NCBI GenBank assembly: GCA_965221125.1
Contig: CBDCRW010000007.1
Location: forward strand, 672,001-736,000
Source: Alphaproteobacteria bacterium
GTDB lineage: Bacteria > Pseudomonadota > Alphaproteobacteria > UBA828
DNA length: 64,000 bases
Direction: 5' to 3'
The stretch's first letter is position 1; each line of letters opens with the position of its first letter. The translations under genes and the position numbers were made by a program. Of the stretch, positions 21,840-30,147 are shown piece after piece. The notes under the pieces were generated by a model. That model saw only the letters and a program-made list of their open reading frames with translations, was not told the origin of the DNA and made no database searches.

Positions 21840-22601
21840 ATGGATCTTGGCTTGAAAGGCAGGAAGTCGCTGGTGACGGGTGGCACCAAGGGTATCGGTC
21901 GGGCGATCGCCAACGAGCTCGCCGCCGAGGGTTCCGACGTCGCGATCTGCGCGCGCACGGAAGCCGACGTGGAGGAAGCCGTCTCCGCGCTTGCCGCGAC
22001 CGGCGTCCGCGCATCGGGTCGCGCCTTCGACGTCGGCGACGGGCCAGCGATGCGCCAGTGGGTCGACGACGTGGCCGAGGAATTCGGCGGGCTCGACATC
22101 GTCATCCCTAACGTGAGCGCACTCGCCGCGACGCCCGAGCTCGAGTCCTGGCAGAAGGAATTCTCGGTCGACATGATGCACACCGTGAACACGGTGGAGG
22201 CCGCGCTGCCGCACCTTGAGAAGTCGGATGCCGGCTCCATCGTGGTCATCTCCAGCGTCTCCGGCATCGAGATCGACTTCGCCGCCGGCCCCTACGGCGT
22301 CTTCAAGGCGGCGCTGATCCACTATGCCGCCGGGCTCAGCAGGCAGCTCGCGCCCAAGGGCATCCGCGCCAACTCGATCTCGCCCGGCAACACCTACTTC
22401 GACGGCGGCTTCTGGCAGAACATCGAGAAGAACGTTCCGGACCTGTTCAATACGGCGCTCAGCATGAACAAGACCGGGCGCATGGCGACGGCCGAGGAGG
22501 TGGCCAACGCGACGGTGTTCCTCGCCAGCCCGCGTGCGACGTTCATCACCGGCACCAACCTCAAGGTCGACGGCGCGCTCACTAACGGCGTGCAGTACTG
22601 A
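21840..22601 (+). CDS. Short-chain dehydrogenase/reductase
   Basis: TGGTKGIG and catalytic YGVFK motifs. Confidence 0.93.
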   Translation: MDLGLKGRKSLVTGGTKGIGRAIANELAAEGSDVAICARTEADVEEAVSALAATGVRASGRAFDVGDGPAMRQWVDDVAEEFGGLDIVIPNVSALAATPELESWQKEFSVDMMHTVNTVEAALPHLEKSDAGSIVVISSVSGIEIDFAAGPYGVFKAALIHYAAGLSRQLAPKGIRANSISPGNTYFDGGFWQNIEKNVPDLFNTALSMNKTGRMATAEEVANATVFLASPRATFITGTNLKVDGALTNGVQY

Positions 22602-22629
22602 ACGAGCGGCGGGGGCAGGGGAGGCGTTG

Positions 22630-22863
22630 ATGGCGGAAGCAGCTGCCGAAGAGCAACCGGCGCTGGAGCTTTACGCCATCCTCACCTGCCCGGACTGCGG
22701 GCATCGGGCGCGCGAGCACATGCCCACCGACGCGTGCCTCTTCTTCCACGAGTGCGCCGGCTGCGGCGTGCGGCTCCGCCCGCTTCCGGGCGATTGCTGC
22801 GTCTTCTGCTCCTACGGCTCGGTGCCGTGTCCGCCGAAGCAGTCCGGCTGCTGTTCCGCCTGA
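22630..22863 (+). CDS. GDCCVxC-domain small Cys-rich protein
   Basis: TCPDCG..E.MPTDAC...ECAGCG..LRP.PGDCCVFCSYG.VPCPP; GGAGG RBS. Confidence 0.85.
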   Translation: MAEAAAEEQPALELYAILTCPDCGHRAREHMPTDACLFFHECAGCGVRLRPLPGDCCVFCSYGSVPCPPKQSGCCSA

Positions 22864-22879
22864 AGGAGGCGTTCTCGAC

Positions 22880-23341
22880 ATGCCGAAGATCGACATCGAC
22901 CGGGTGCCGGTAAAGACCGGCTCCGGCTATCCGGCGCCGTTCAAGGCGATGGCGGATGCGCGCGCCCGCCAGGCGCTGGGCGATGCCGGCGGGCTGACCC
23001 AGTTCGGCGTCAGCCTGACGCGCCTTCCGCCGGGTGCGGCGAGCGCGCAGCGCCATTGGCACGAGGCCGAGGACGAGCTTGTCTTCGTCGTCTCCGGAGA
23101 GCTGGTCCTGATCGAGGACGGCGGAGAGACGCCTCTGCGGGCGGGCGAGGCGGCCGCGTTCAGGGCCGGCCACGCGGACGGCCACCACCTGGTGAACCGC
23201 TCTGCGGAGGATGCCGTGGTGCTCGAGATCGGGACCCGCGCCGACGATGAGCGCGGCCACTACCCGGACGTCGACCTGGTCTATGAGAAACGCGGCGGCG
23301 CGATCCGCTTCACCAACAAGGCGGGCGAGCCCTACGACTGA
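22880..23341 (+). CDS. Cupin domain protein
   Basis: LGDAGGLTQFGV, RHWHE.EDE and GHHLVN motifs; AAGGAGG RBS. Confidence 0.9.
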   Translation: MPKIDIDRVPVKTGSGYPAPFKAMADARARQALGDAGGLTQFGVSLTRLPPGAASAQRHWHEAEDELVFVVSGELVLIEDGGETPLRAGEAAAFRAGHADGHHLVNRSAEDAVVLEIGTRADDERGHYPDVDLVYEKRGGAIRFTNKAGEPYD

Positions 23342-23362
23342 CCCGCGCGGGGCTTGCCGCGT

Positions 23363-23773
23363 CTACTCTTCGGTGGACGGCCGGTAGGTGCCGAAGTTCC
23401 AGAGATGGCCTTCGGGGTCACGGGCCGAGTAGTCGCGCGAGCCATAGGGCGTGTCCTCCAGCCCGCGCACGATCTCGGCGCCTGCGGCGACGGCCCGGGC
23501 GTAGTGGGCGTCGGTGTCCTCGACTACGACATAGATCGACTGCGTGACGCCGCCCAGGTCGCACGGAATCCTCATTTGGAGCTCGTCGTCGCGCTCGGAG
23601 CCCACCATGACCATGCCGTTGCCGAGCGCGAGCTGGGCGTGGGCAATCGTGCCGTCCGGGCCCGGCACGACCATGTTCTCGGTGAAGCCGAACGCCTCCT
23701 TGAGCCAGGCGATGGCGGCGGGCGCGTCGCGGTAGCTGAGGCAGGGAACGATGGCGGGGCCGGTCTCGGTCAT
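23363..23773 (-). CDS. VOC (glyoxalase/bleomycin-resistance) family protein, in frame with the upstream binding protein
   Basis: L.YRDA.AAI.WL..AFGF, HAQL..G.G and YGSRDYSARDPEGHLW.FG motifs; own ATG after AAGGA. Confidence 0.88.
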   Translation of the reverse strand: MTETGPAIVPCLSYRDAPAAIAWLKEAFGFTENMVVPGPDGTIAHAQLALGNGMVMVGSERDDELQMRIPCDLGGVTQSIYVVVEDTDAHYARAVAAGAEIVRGLEDTPYGSRDYSARDPEGHLWNFGTYRPSTEE

Positions 23774-25249
23774 GGCGGCGTCCTTCTGCAAGTTCACCAG
23801 TAACTGGTCGCGGAGTATATCGGCAGGGGAGGGGGGCGCCTCTTCTTCCGCGTCCGCTTCCAGAACATCGTCAGGTGTCACTGCGGCGACGTCGGTCTCT
23901 GACGGCACGGGTCGGGCCTCGGCTTCGGGTAGGGCGCGCTCCGGGCACAGCGTGTTGGCGCGGCTGGGCGGGCCGAGGGCGAGGAACGCGTCGCGCGCGA
24001 GCCCCAGCGTCTGGCCGACGTCGGTGACCGTGTAGACGGTTTCCTGCGTGAGCGAGCCGTCGGGCGCCTCGACGACCTCGACGATGAACGTGCTGGTCAC
24101 GGCCTGGCGGTACGCGTCGAGTTCGACCGGGCCGCCGAAGGGGGTATCGAATCGCAGCGCGGCGAGGGCTTCGCGCAGGCGCTCGTGTCCGTCGCCCAGC
24201 GCGCCGTCGGTCTCGTCAAGCGCAAGCAGCACCGCTTTGGTGTTCACGTAGTAGCTGAGGGCGAACAGGCTGGGCGCGGGCCCTGCATCGGGAAAGCGCT
24301 CGCGGTAGCTGTCGGCGAACGCGGTCCAGGCGTCGTTGTCGTCGCTCTCCGAGATCGGCAGGGCCGAGATCGCCCCCGTCAGCAGCGGGCGGATGCCGCT
24401 CGCCCGGAGCAGGCTGCCGCCAAGCGTCGTGGCGCCTGCCACGATGGCCGCCTGCCCGCCGGCCTCGGCGTAGGCTTCCAGAAAATTCTCCGCCGCGCGC
24501 GGCTCCAGAGCCAGGAACAGCGCGTCCGTCTCCGTGCCGGCCACGGCCCGTGCGATTCGTGCAGCGTCACCCGCGCCGGTGGAAACCCAGTGCCTCGCCA
24601 GCACCTCGCCGCCAAGCGCGCAGTAGTCCAGCATGAAGCCCATGAGCTGCGTGTAGGGCAGCGAGTAGTCCTCGGCGACCGAGACGATCGTGCGCACGCC
24701 CTTCTCCTCGTAGGCGTAGCGTCCGAGCCCCGCGACCCACTGCATGCTGTCGGGATTGAAGCGGAAGAAGTTGTCCGCCGGCGCGCGCAGGGTCGCGTCC
24801 TGCGCCGCCGAAGCCCCGTTGACGAACGTCACGTCCGGCACGCTCTTCGCGAACTCCCGGATCGCGATGCCCTCGATCCCCGCGAGCGGGCCGATGAGAA
24901 TGCTGGCGCCGCGGTCGATCAGCGCGCGTGCCTTCGCGATGACCGAGTCCGGAGTCCCGTCGGTCGACTCGACGAACGCCTCGATGGGCCGCTCGCCGGC
25001 GCGTCCCTCGTGCTCGCCCAGGGCAAGCTCGTAGCCGCGCAGGGCATCCCGTCCGAGAGGCTCGAACGCGCCCTCGAGAGGAGCGAGGACGCCGATCTTC
25101 AGGGTTTCGGTGTCGGCACTCGCCTGTGCGCCGATCAGGAAGGATGCGGCGACCAGGACGGCTCCCGCAATGCGGCGTAGCCCGCGCGGCGCACGACCGC
25201 GCACTCGTCCACGGCGCGCGCTCCCCCTTGGTGGCGGCGCCTTCGTCAC
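23363..25249 (-). CDS. Branched-chain amino acid-type ABC substrate-binding protein reading through into the VOC domain
   Basis: Signal peptide; LKIGVLAPLEG, IGPLAG.EG, NFFRF and EDYS.PY motifs; no stop before the VOC domain; start uncertain (GTG 25249 or ATG 25297). Confidence 0.8.
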   Translation of the reverse strand: MTKAPPPRGSARRGRVRGRAPRGLRRIAGAVLVAASFLIGAQASADTETLKIGVLAPLEGAFEPLGRDALRGYELALGEHEGRAGERPIEAFVESTDGTPDSVIAKARALIDRGASILIGPLAGIEGIAIREFAKSVPDVTFVNGASAAQDATLRAPADNFFRFNPDSMQWVAGLGRYAYEEKGVRTIVSVAEDYSLPYTQLMGFMLDYCALGGEVLARHWVSTGAGDAARIARAVAGTETDALFLALEPRAAENFLEAYAEAGGQAAIVAGATTLGGSLLRASGIRPLLTGAISALPISESDDNDAWTAFADSYRERFPDAGPAPSLFALSYYVNTKAVLLALDETDGALGDGHERLREALAALRFDTPFGGPVELDAYRQAVTSTFIVEVVEAPDGSLTQETVYTVTDVGQTLGLARDAFLALGPPSRANTLCPERALPEAEARPVPSETDVAAVTPDDVLEADAEEEAPPSPADILRDQLLVNLQKDAAMTETGPAIVPCLSYRDAPAAIAWLKEAFGFTENMVVPGPDGTIAHAQLALGNGMVMVGSERDDELQMRIPCDLGGVTQSIYVVVEDTDAHYARAVAAGAEIVRGLEDTPYGSRDYSARDPEGHLWNFGTYRPSTEE

Positions 25250-25600
25250 GCTGTCCCGATCATGCCAAGGAATTTGCAACCCAACGCATTCGAGCATGTG
25301 CCGCGCGCGTCGCGCCTCGCGTGTGTCGCGCTTCGCGCGTTACGACCGCAAGCACTTATAGCGGCCCGCATCGGCCTTTGCCATGCGCGCGTCGCCTTTC
25401 GGCCTCGCACCCCGGCGCCCGAGCGTTCCTGCGTCGGAGCACCGCCATGCTGCGAGGCTCTCGTGCCCTCTCTCGCCGGACAACGGCGCACGAACGATGA
25501 CATCGGCCAGAATTCCGGGCTAGGCTATGAACCAGCGGGCTGTCGGAAGGGAGGCGCAGCGCGCCACCTCCGACGCCCCTCCGACATGAGGGAGGCGAAG

Positions 25601-26899
25601 ATGGCAAAGACCACGAAGCATCGGAAACAGGGACCGAGCCGGCGCTCGATACTCAAGGGCGCTGCCGCGGTGGCCGGCGTCGCAGCCGGCACCAAGGCGC
25701 TGGGCGGTTTTCCGACCGTCTGGGCGCAGGACACGAAGGATATCGTCATCAACCATTCCGGCATGTCCTACTCGACGATCATCCAGATCGCCGAGCAGGC
25801 GACGGTCGATCTGCCGTTCTCGGTGGAGATGTCCGTCACCGATCACGCGGGCATGCTCAACCGGCTGACCACGCAGTCCGATTCCATCGATGTCGCCGAC
25901 ATCGAGCTCTGGATGCGGGTCATCACCGTGCCGCGCGGCATCTATCAGGCGGTCGACCCGTCCAAGATCACGCACTGGGACAAGGCGACCCCGATCTATC
26001 GGGACGGCCAGTTGGAGGGCAAGCAGATCTCTCGTCAGGGGGTCTCGCCCCACGAGGTGATGTACTTCACCGACGCGGACGCCAAGGAAATCGCCGACGG
26101 CAACACCGATTACGCGACCATGATCCCCGGCGTGTTCAACGCCGATACGCTCGGCATCCAGCCGGACGCGATCGGCCGCCCGATCAACAACTGGCACGAG
26201 CTCTTCAACGACGAGTTCAATGGCCGCGCCGCGGGCATGGACATCCCGCCGATCATGATCATGGATGCGGCGCTCGCCATCGAATCCACCGGCGAGTACA
26301 CCTACGCCGACAAGGGCAACATGACCAAGGAAGAGATCACGATGACCGTGGACCGGCTCATCGACCTCAAGAGGAAGGGTCATTGGCGGGCACTCTGGGG
26401 CACCTTCGACCAGTCGGTGCAGCTCATGACCTCGGGCGAAGTGGTCATCCAGTCGATGTGGTCGCCGGCGGTGACCGCCGTGCGCGCGCAGGGCGTGCCC
26501 TGCATCTATCAGCCGCTCGCCGAGGGCTATCGGGGCTGGGGCAACGGGCTCAGCCTGATGAGCCATCTCGAGGGCAAGAGACTGGGCGCGGCCTACGACT
26601 ATCTCAACTGGTACTACAGCGGCTGGATGGGCGCCTTCATCGCCAAGCAGGGCTACTATCTCGGCGTCGCCGAAACCGCCAAGGCCTTCATGGAGCCCTA
26701 CGAGTGGGATTACTGGTACGAGGGCAAGCCGGCGGAAGGCCCGATCCACGATCCCTACGGCACGCTGATGGAGAAGCCGGGGCACGTCCGCGACGGCGGC
26801 TCGTTCTCGCAGCGCTTCGGCAACATGGCCTGCTGGAACACGCTGATGGACAACCACCAGTTCCTGCTCAAGAAGTGGACGGAGCTGCAGACGGCCTAA
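25601..26899 (+). CDS. PotD/PotF-like ABC substrate-binding protein with Tat signal
   Basis: SRRSILK Tat motif; NADTLG, QSMWSPAV and EGYRGWG motifs; GGAGG RBS. Confidence 0.88.
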   Translation: MAKTTKHRKQGPSRRSILKGAAAVAGVAAGTKALGGFPTVWAQDTKDIVINHSGMSYSTIIQIAEQATVDLPFSVEMSVTDHAGMLNRLTTQSDSIDVADIELWMRVITVPRGIYQAVDPSKITHWDKATPIYRDGQLEGKQISRQGVSPHEVMYFTDADAKEIADGNTDYATMIPGVFNADTLGIQPDAIGRPINNWHELFNDEFNGRAAGMDIPPIMIMDAALAIESTGEYTYADKGNMTKEEITMTVDRLIDLKRKGHWRALWGTFDQSVQLMTSGEVVIQSMWSPAVTAVRAQGVPCIYQPLAEGYRGWGNGLSLMSHLEGKRLGAAYDYLNWYYSGWMGAFIAKQGYYLGVAETAKAFMEPYEWDYWYEGKPAEGPIHDPYGTLMEKPGHVRDGGSFSQRFGNMACWNTLMDNHQFLLKKWTELQTA

Positions 26900-26915
26900 G
26901 CAGCGTTATTCGTGC

Positions 26916-26943
26916 GGGCGGGGCCGGCGTGCCGGCCCCGCCC
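26916..26943 (+). terminator. GC-rich intercistronic hairpin after the binding-protein gene
   Basis: GGGCGGGGCCGGC-GT-GCCGGCCCCGCCC, followed by CGATCTTT. Confidence 0.55.
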
Positions 26944-26957
26944 CGATCTTTCGCACG

Positions 26958-27851
26958 ATGCGACTCAAGCTTTCACTGAGCAACGGCACCGGCGCCAGGC
27001 GGCGGCCTGGGGTGAGAGCGATGCCGCTCGGCCTCGCGCTGGCGGTCTTCTTCATTCTGCCGCTGGGCGTGCTATTGGCGGTCAGCTTCTTCGAGAACGA
27101 CATGATCTTCGGCATGCGCCCCGCGCTTACGCCGGAGAGCTATATCGAGCTGTTCACCACCATGAACACGCTCTGGCTCTATCTGAGCACGCTGAAGTTC
27201 GCGGCGATCGTCTGGGCCATCACGCTGCTGATCGGCTTCACCATCGCCTATTTCCTGGTGTTCCACGTCCGCTCGCTGCTCATCGCGATCGGCCTGTTTC
27301 TGCTTTGCACCGTTCCGTTCTGGACCTCGAACATCATCCGCATGATTTCGTGGATCCCGCTGCTGGGGAAGCAGGGGCTGGTCAATCAGGCGTTGATGGG
27401 CCTCGGCATCGTCGACGATCCGGTGGAGTGGCTGCTCTTCTCCGACTTCTCGGTGGTGCTCAGCTACGTCCACCTCTTCACGCTGTTCATGATCGTGCCG
27501 ATCTTCAACTCGATGGCGCGTATCGACAAGGCGCTGATCGAGGCGGCGCGGGACGCGGGCGCGAGTTCTCTTCGCATCATGTGGGAGGTCATCGTCCCGC
27601 TCTCGCGCAGCGGCATCGCGCTCGGCTCGATCTTCGTCATCGTGCTGGTGATGGGCGATTTCTTCGTCATCAAGGTGATGAGCGGCGGGCGCAGCGCTTC
27701 CGTGGTCTCCTCGATCTTCGAGGACATCAACGTGCTGCTCTACCCCTCCGGGGCGGCGAGCGCCGTGGTGCTGCTGATCGTGGTGGTGATGATGGTGATG
27801 GGCGTGCTGCGGGTGGTCAACATCCGCAGGGAACTCGCGGGCAGTTCGTAG
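26958..27851 (+). CDS. PotB-like ABC permease
   Basis: PFWTS..IR and LIEAARDAGA (EAA) motifs; true start may be 27021. Confidence 0.9.
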   Translation: MRLKLSLSNGTGARRRPGVRAMPLGLALAVFFILPLGVLLAVSFFENDMIFGMRPALTPESYIELFTTMNTLWLYLSTLKFAAIVWAITLLIGFTIAYFLVFHVRSLLIAIGLFLLCTVPFWTSNIIRMISWIPLLGKQGLVNQALMGLGIVDDPVEWLLFSDFSVVLSYVHLFTLFMIVPIFNSMARIDKALIEAARDAGASSLRIMWEVIVPLSRSGIALGSIFVIVLVMGDFFVIKVMSGGRSASVVSSIFEDINVLLYPSGAASAVVLLIVVVMMVMGVLRVVNIRRELAGSS

Positions 27852-27861
27852 GAGCGCAGGC

Positions 27862-28716
27862 ATGGCGCGATCGGCGAAGACCCACAAGCCTCGGCCCTGG
27901 ACCTTCTATCCGCTGGCGGTGTTCTTCGGGTTGTTCGTGCTGTTCCTCTACGGCCCGATGTTCTGCATCTACATCCTGTCGTTCCAGGGGCCGAACGCCT
28001 CGCTGGTGTTCCCCATGCAGGGCGTCTCGCTGCACTGGTTCGAGGCGCTGTTCGGCCAGGCGCGGACCGGCGACGTGGGCGGCGCGTTCGCACGCTCGCT
28101 GCCGCTCTCGCTCATCATCCTCTCGATCACCGTGCTCTTCTCGGTGGCGGCGGGGCTCGCGTTCCGCAGCCGGTTCTTCGGCAACTCGGTGATCTTCTAC
28201 ACGGCGATCGGAAGCCTCGTGGTGCCGGGCCTCGTGCTCGGCGTCGGCATCACGCTGCTGCTCCAGCTGATGGGCTGGAACGCGCATTGGTATTCGTCGG
28301 CGCTCGGCGCGCACCTCACCTGGACGCTGCCGTTCGGGCTCCTCATCATGTTCGCCGTGCTGAGCCGCTTCGATCCGCGCGTGGAGGAAGCGGCGCGCGA
28401 CCTCGGCGCGAGCAACCTGCAGTCCCTCTGGTACGTGATGATCCCGATCCTGCTGCCGGGCATCATCGCGGTGGCGCTCTTCGGCTTCACTCTCTCCTAC
28501 GACGAGTTCCCGCGCAGCACGTTCACCGTCGGGGCGCGCAACACGCTGCCGCTGGAGATCTGGAGCATGACCACCAACATCACCTCGCCGGCGCTCTATG
28601 CCCTCGGCACCGTCACGACGGCGATCTCCTTCTTCATCATCCTCGTCTCGCTGACAGCCATCGGCCTGATTCAATCGCGTCGCCAGCGCGCCCGGCGGAA
28701 GGAGCCCAAGGCGTAA
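27862..28716 (+). CDS. PotC-like ABC permease
   Basis: SLHWF, EEAARDLGAS, FTLSYDE and TLPLEIW motifs. Confidence 0.9.
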   Translation: MARSAKTHKPRPWTFYPLAVFFGLFVLFLYGPMFCIYILSFQGPNASLVFPMQGVSLHWFEALFGQARTGDVGGAFARSLPLSLIILSITVLFSVAAGLAFRSRFFGNSVIFYTAIGSLVVPGLVLGVGITLLLQLMGWNAHWYSSALGAHLTWTLPFGLLIMFAVLSRFDPRVEEAARDLGASNLQSLWYVMIPILLPGIIAVALFGFTLSYDEFPRSTFTVGARNTLPLEIWSMTTNITSPALYALGTVTTAISFFIILVSLTAIGLIQSRRQRARRKEPKA

Positions 28717-28756
28717 TCGGCTCGCGCTTGGGAGCCGCTGCCGCGATGGCGCCGGC

Positions 28757-29296
28757 TCAGGCCCTCCGCCGCGTCACCATCCTCTTGGTTCCCTCGTAGC
28801 GGAGGTTCTTGCAGAGCCGGGCGAAGCCGTCGAGGTTCTCCACGATGCGCGCGAAGATGCAGCCCTGGTTGGGGTGCGGCGTGTCGCCGTACCAGAGCGT
28901 CGTGGGGAAGCGCATCCCGGCATGGCGGCCGTAAGCGAACGTGACCTCCTTGAGCCAGGGGTCCCAGATGAAGTCGCCTGGGGCCATCCGGGTCTGCCGA
29001 TTCTCCAGCTCGTAGCCGAGCGCCGGCACCATGTCGATCCGGTCGAGGTAGAAGGCGGCGTGGCCGAAGAAGGCGCAGTGGATGATGTGGGCGTCGATCG
29101 GCATCATCTGCCAATAGGCTTCGCAGGTCTTGGGCGCGGCGGTCTCCAGCAGCGCGCCGACGCAGACCTCGCCGTCGATCTCGATCTCGAAGCGGCGGAA
29201 GCTGTCGGGGATGTCGTTCGGAATCTCGAACTGGTCGTACCACCACTCGTCCCACATCTCGCGCTGTGCAACCGTATCGACCGGCTTGTCCGCCAT
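28757..29296 (-). CDS. DUF3830-like (cyclophilin-like fold) protein
   Basis: APKTCEA....P....IHC...G, EN.....APGD and E..FAYG pattern recalled for this family. Confidence 0.6.
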   Translation of the reverse strand: MADKPVDTVAQREMWDEWWYDQFEIPNDIPDSFRRFEIEIDGEVCVGALLETAAPKTCEAYWQMMPIDAHIIHCAFFGHAAFYLDRIDMVPALGYELENRQTRMAPGDFIWDPWLKEVTFAYGRHAGMRFPTTLWYGDTPHPNQGCIFARIVENLDGFARLCKNLRYEGTKRMVTRRRA

Positions 29297-29435
29297 GAAT
29301 CCCTCCGTCCGTTTTGGCGCCGTACGCCCGAGGTACGACGGTCATAGTACGAAATCGTTGCCGGCACCGGGCAAGCTCTTTGCTGCCCGGCCATGATGGA
29401 GCCGGAGCGCGTCTGCGAACCGGCACCTGGGTGGA

Positions 29436-29482
29436 CACGAACGCACTATTGAGCTACAATGTAGCCCAATAGTGCGTTCGTG
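29436..29482. promoter_or_regulatory. Operator palindrome of the toxin-antitoxin promoter
   Basis: CACGAACGCACTATTGAGCTACA-A-TGTAGCCCAATAGTGCGTTCGTG: 23-bp arms with one mismatch; contains a TACAAT -10-like box. Confidence 0.8.
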
Positions 29483-29493
29483 AGGATCGGATC

Positions 29494-29751
29494 ATGAACA
29501 CCGTCGTCCGCGCCCGCATAGACGAAAAAACCAAAGAGGAGGCCGCTGCGGTGCTGGACGCGATCGGCCTTACGGTGTCCGACGCCTTTCGCCTGATGAT
29601 GGTGCGAATCGCCGCCGAGAAGCGACTGCCCTTCGAGCCCCTGGTGCCCAATAACGAGACGATCGAAGCCATGAAAGCTGCCCGGCGCGGCGACTTGATC
29701 GCCGTCGGCGGCGTGGATGAACTGATGGCTGATCTGAATGCGGACGATTAG
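29494..29751 (+). CDS. dinJ: RelB/DinJ family antitoxin
   Basis: VVRARIDE.TK.EA..VL..IGLTVSDA.RL....IA.EK.LPF..L.PN.ET..AM pattern. Confidence 0.92.
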   Translation: MNTVVRARIDEKTKEEAAAVLDAIGLTVSDAFRLMMVRIAAEKRLPFEPLVPNNETIEAMKAARRGDLIAVGGVDELMADLNADD

Positions 29752-30019
29752 GCTGACGGCAGCTTTCAAACGAGACTACAGACGCGAGAAGAAAGGCCGC
29801 TTCGCCAAGACCCTCGACCTGGAGGTCAAGAACGTCGTAGCCGATCTGGCAGCCGATCGGCCCCTGCCGCAACGCCATCACGATCATGCGCTGACCGGGC
29901 CGTGGAAAGACCATCGCGACTGCCACGTTCGGCCCGACCTGATCTTGATCTATCGCAAGCCGGATACCGACCACCTCGATCTCGTACGCTTGGGTTCCCA
30001 CAGCAAGCTCGGCTTTTGA
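29738..30019 (+). CDS. yafQ: YafQ family mRNA interferase toxin
   Basis: FKRDY, DHAL.G.W...RDCH.RPDL.LIY and RLGSHS motifs. Confidence 0.93.
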   Translation: MRTIRLTAAFKRDYRREKKGRFAKTLDLEVKNVVADLAADRPLPQRHHDHALTGPWKDHRDCHVRPDLILIYRKPDTDHLDLVRLGSHSKLGF

Positions 30020-30130
30020 CCGGAGCGGTTGCCGGGCCCAACGAATCCTCGCTCGATGGAGGCGGTATTGGGGTGTTCGAGCAGGCCGCCAATGGTGGAG
30101 AGGTCGGGGCAGTTCGACATCGCGCGGGTT

Positions 30131-30139
30131 TGATATAAT
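30131..30139 (+). promoter_or_regulatory. Extended -10 promoter (TGnTATAAT), probable leaderless transcript
   Basis: TGATATAAT lies 8 nt before ATG 30148 with no SD sequence. Confidence 0.55.
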
Positions 30140-30147
30140 GGCGCCCC

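Noticed and set aside
22861-22863. Possible selenocysteine read-through of the GDCCVxC TGA
   Set aside because: The TGA follows the complete domain and is directly followed by the next gene's AAGGAGG; no SECIS-like hairpin is evident.
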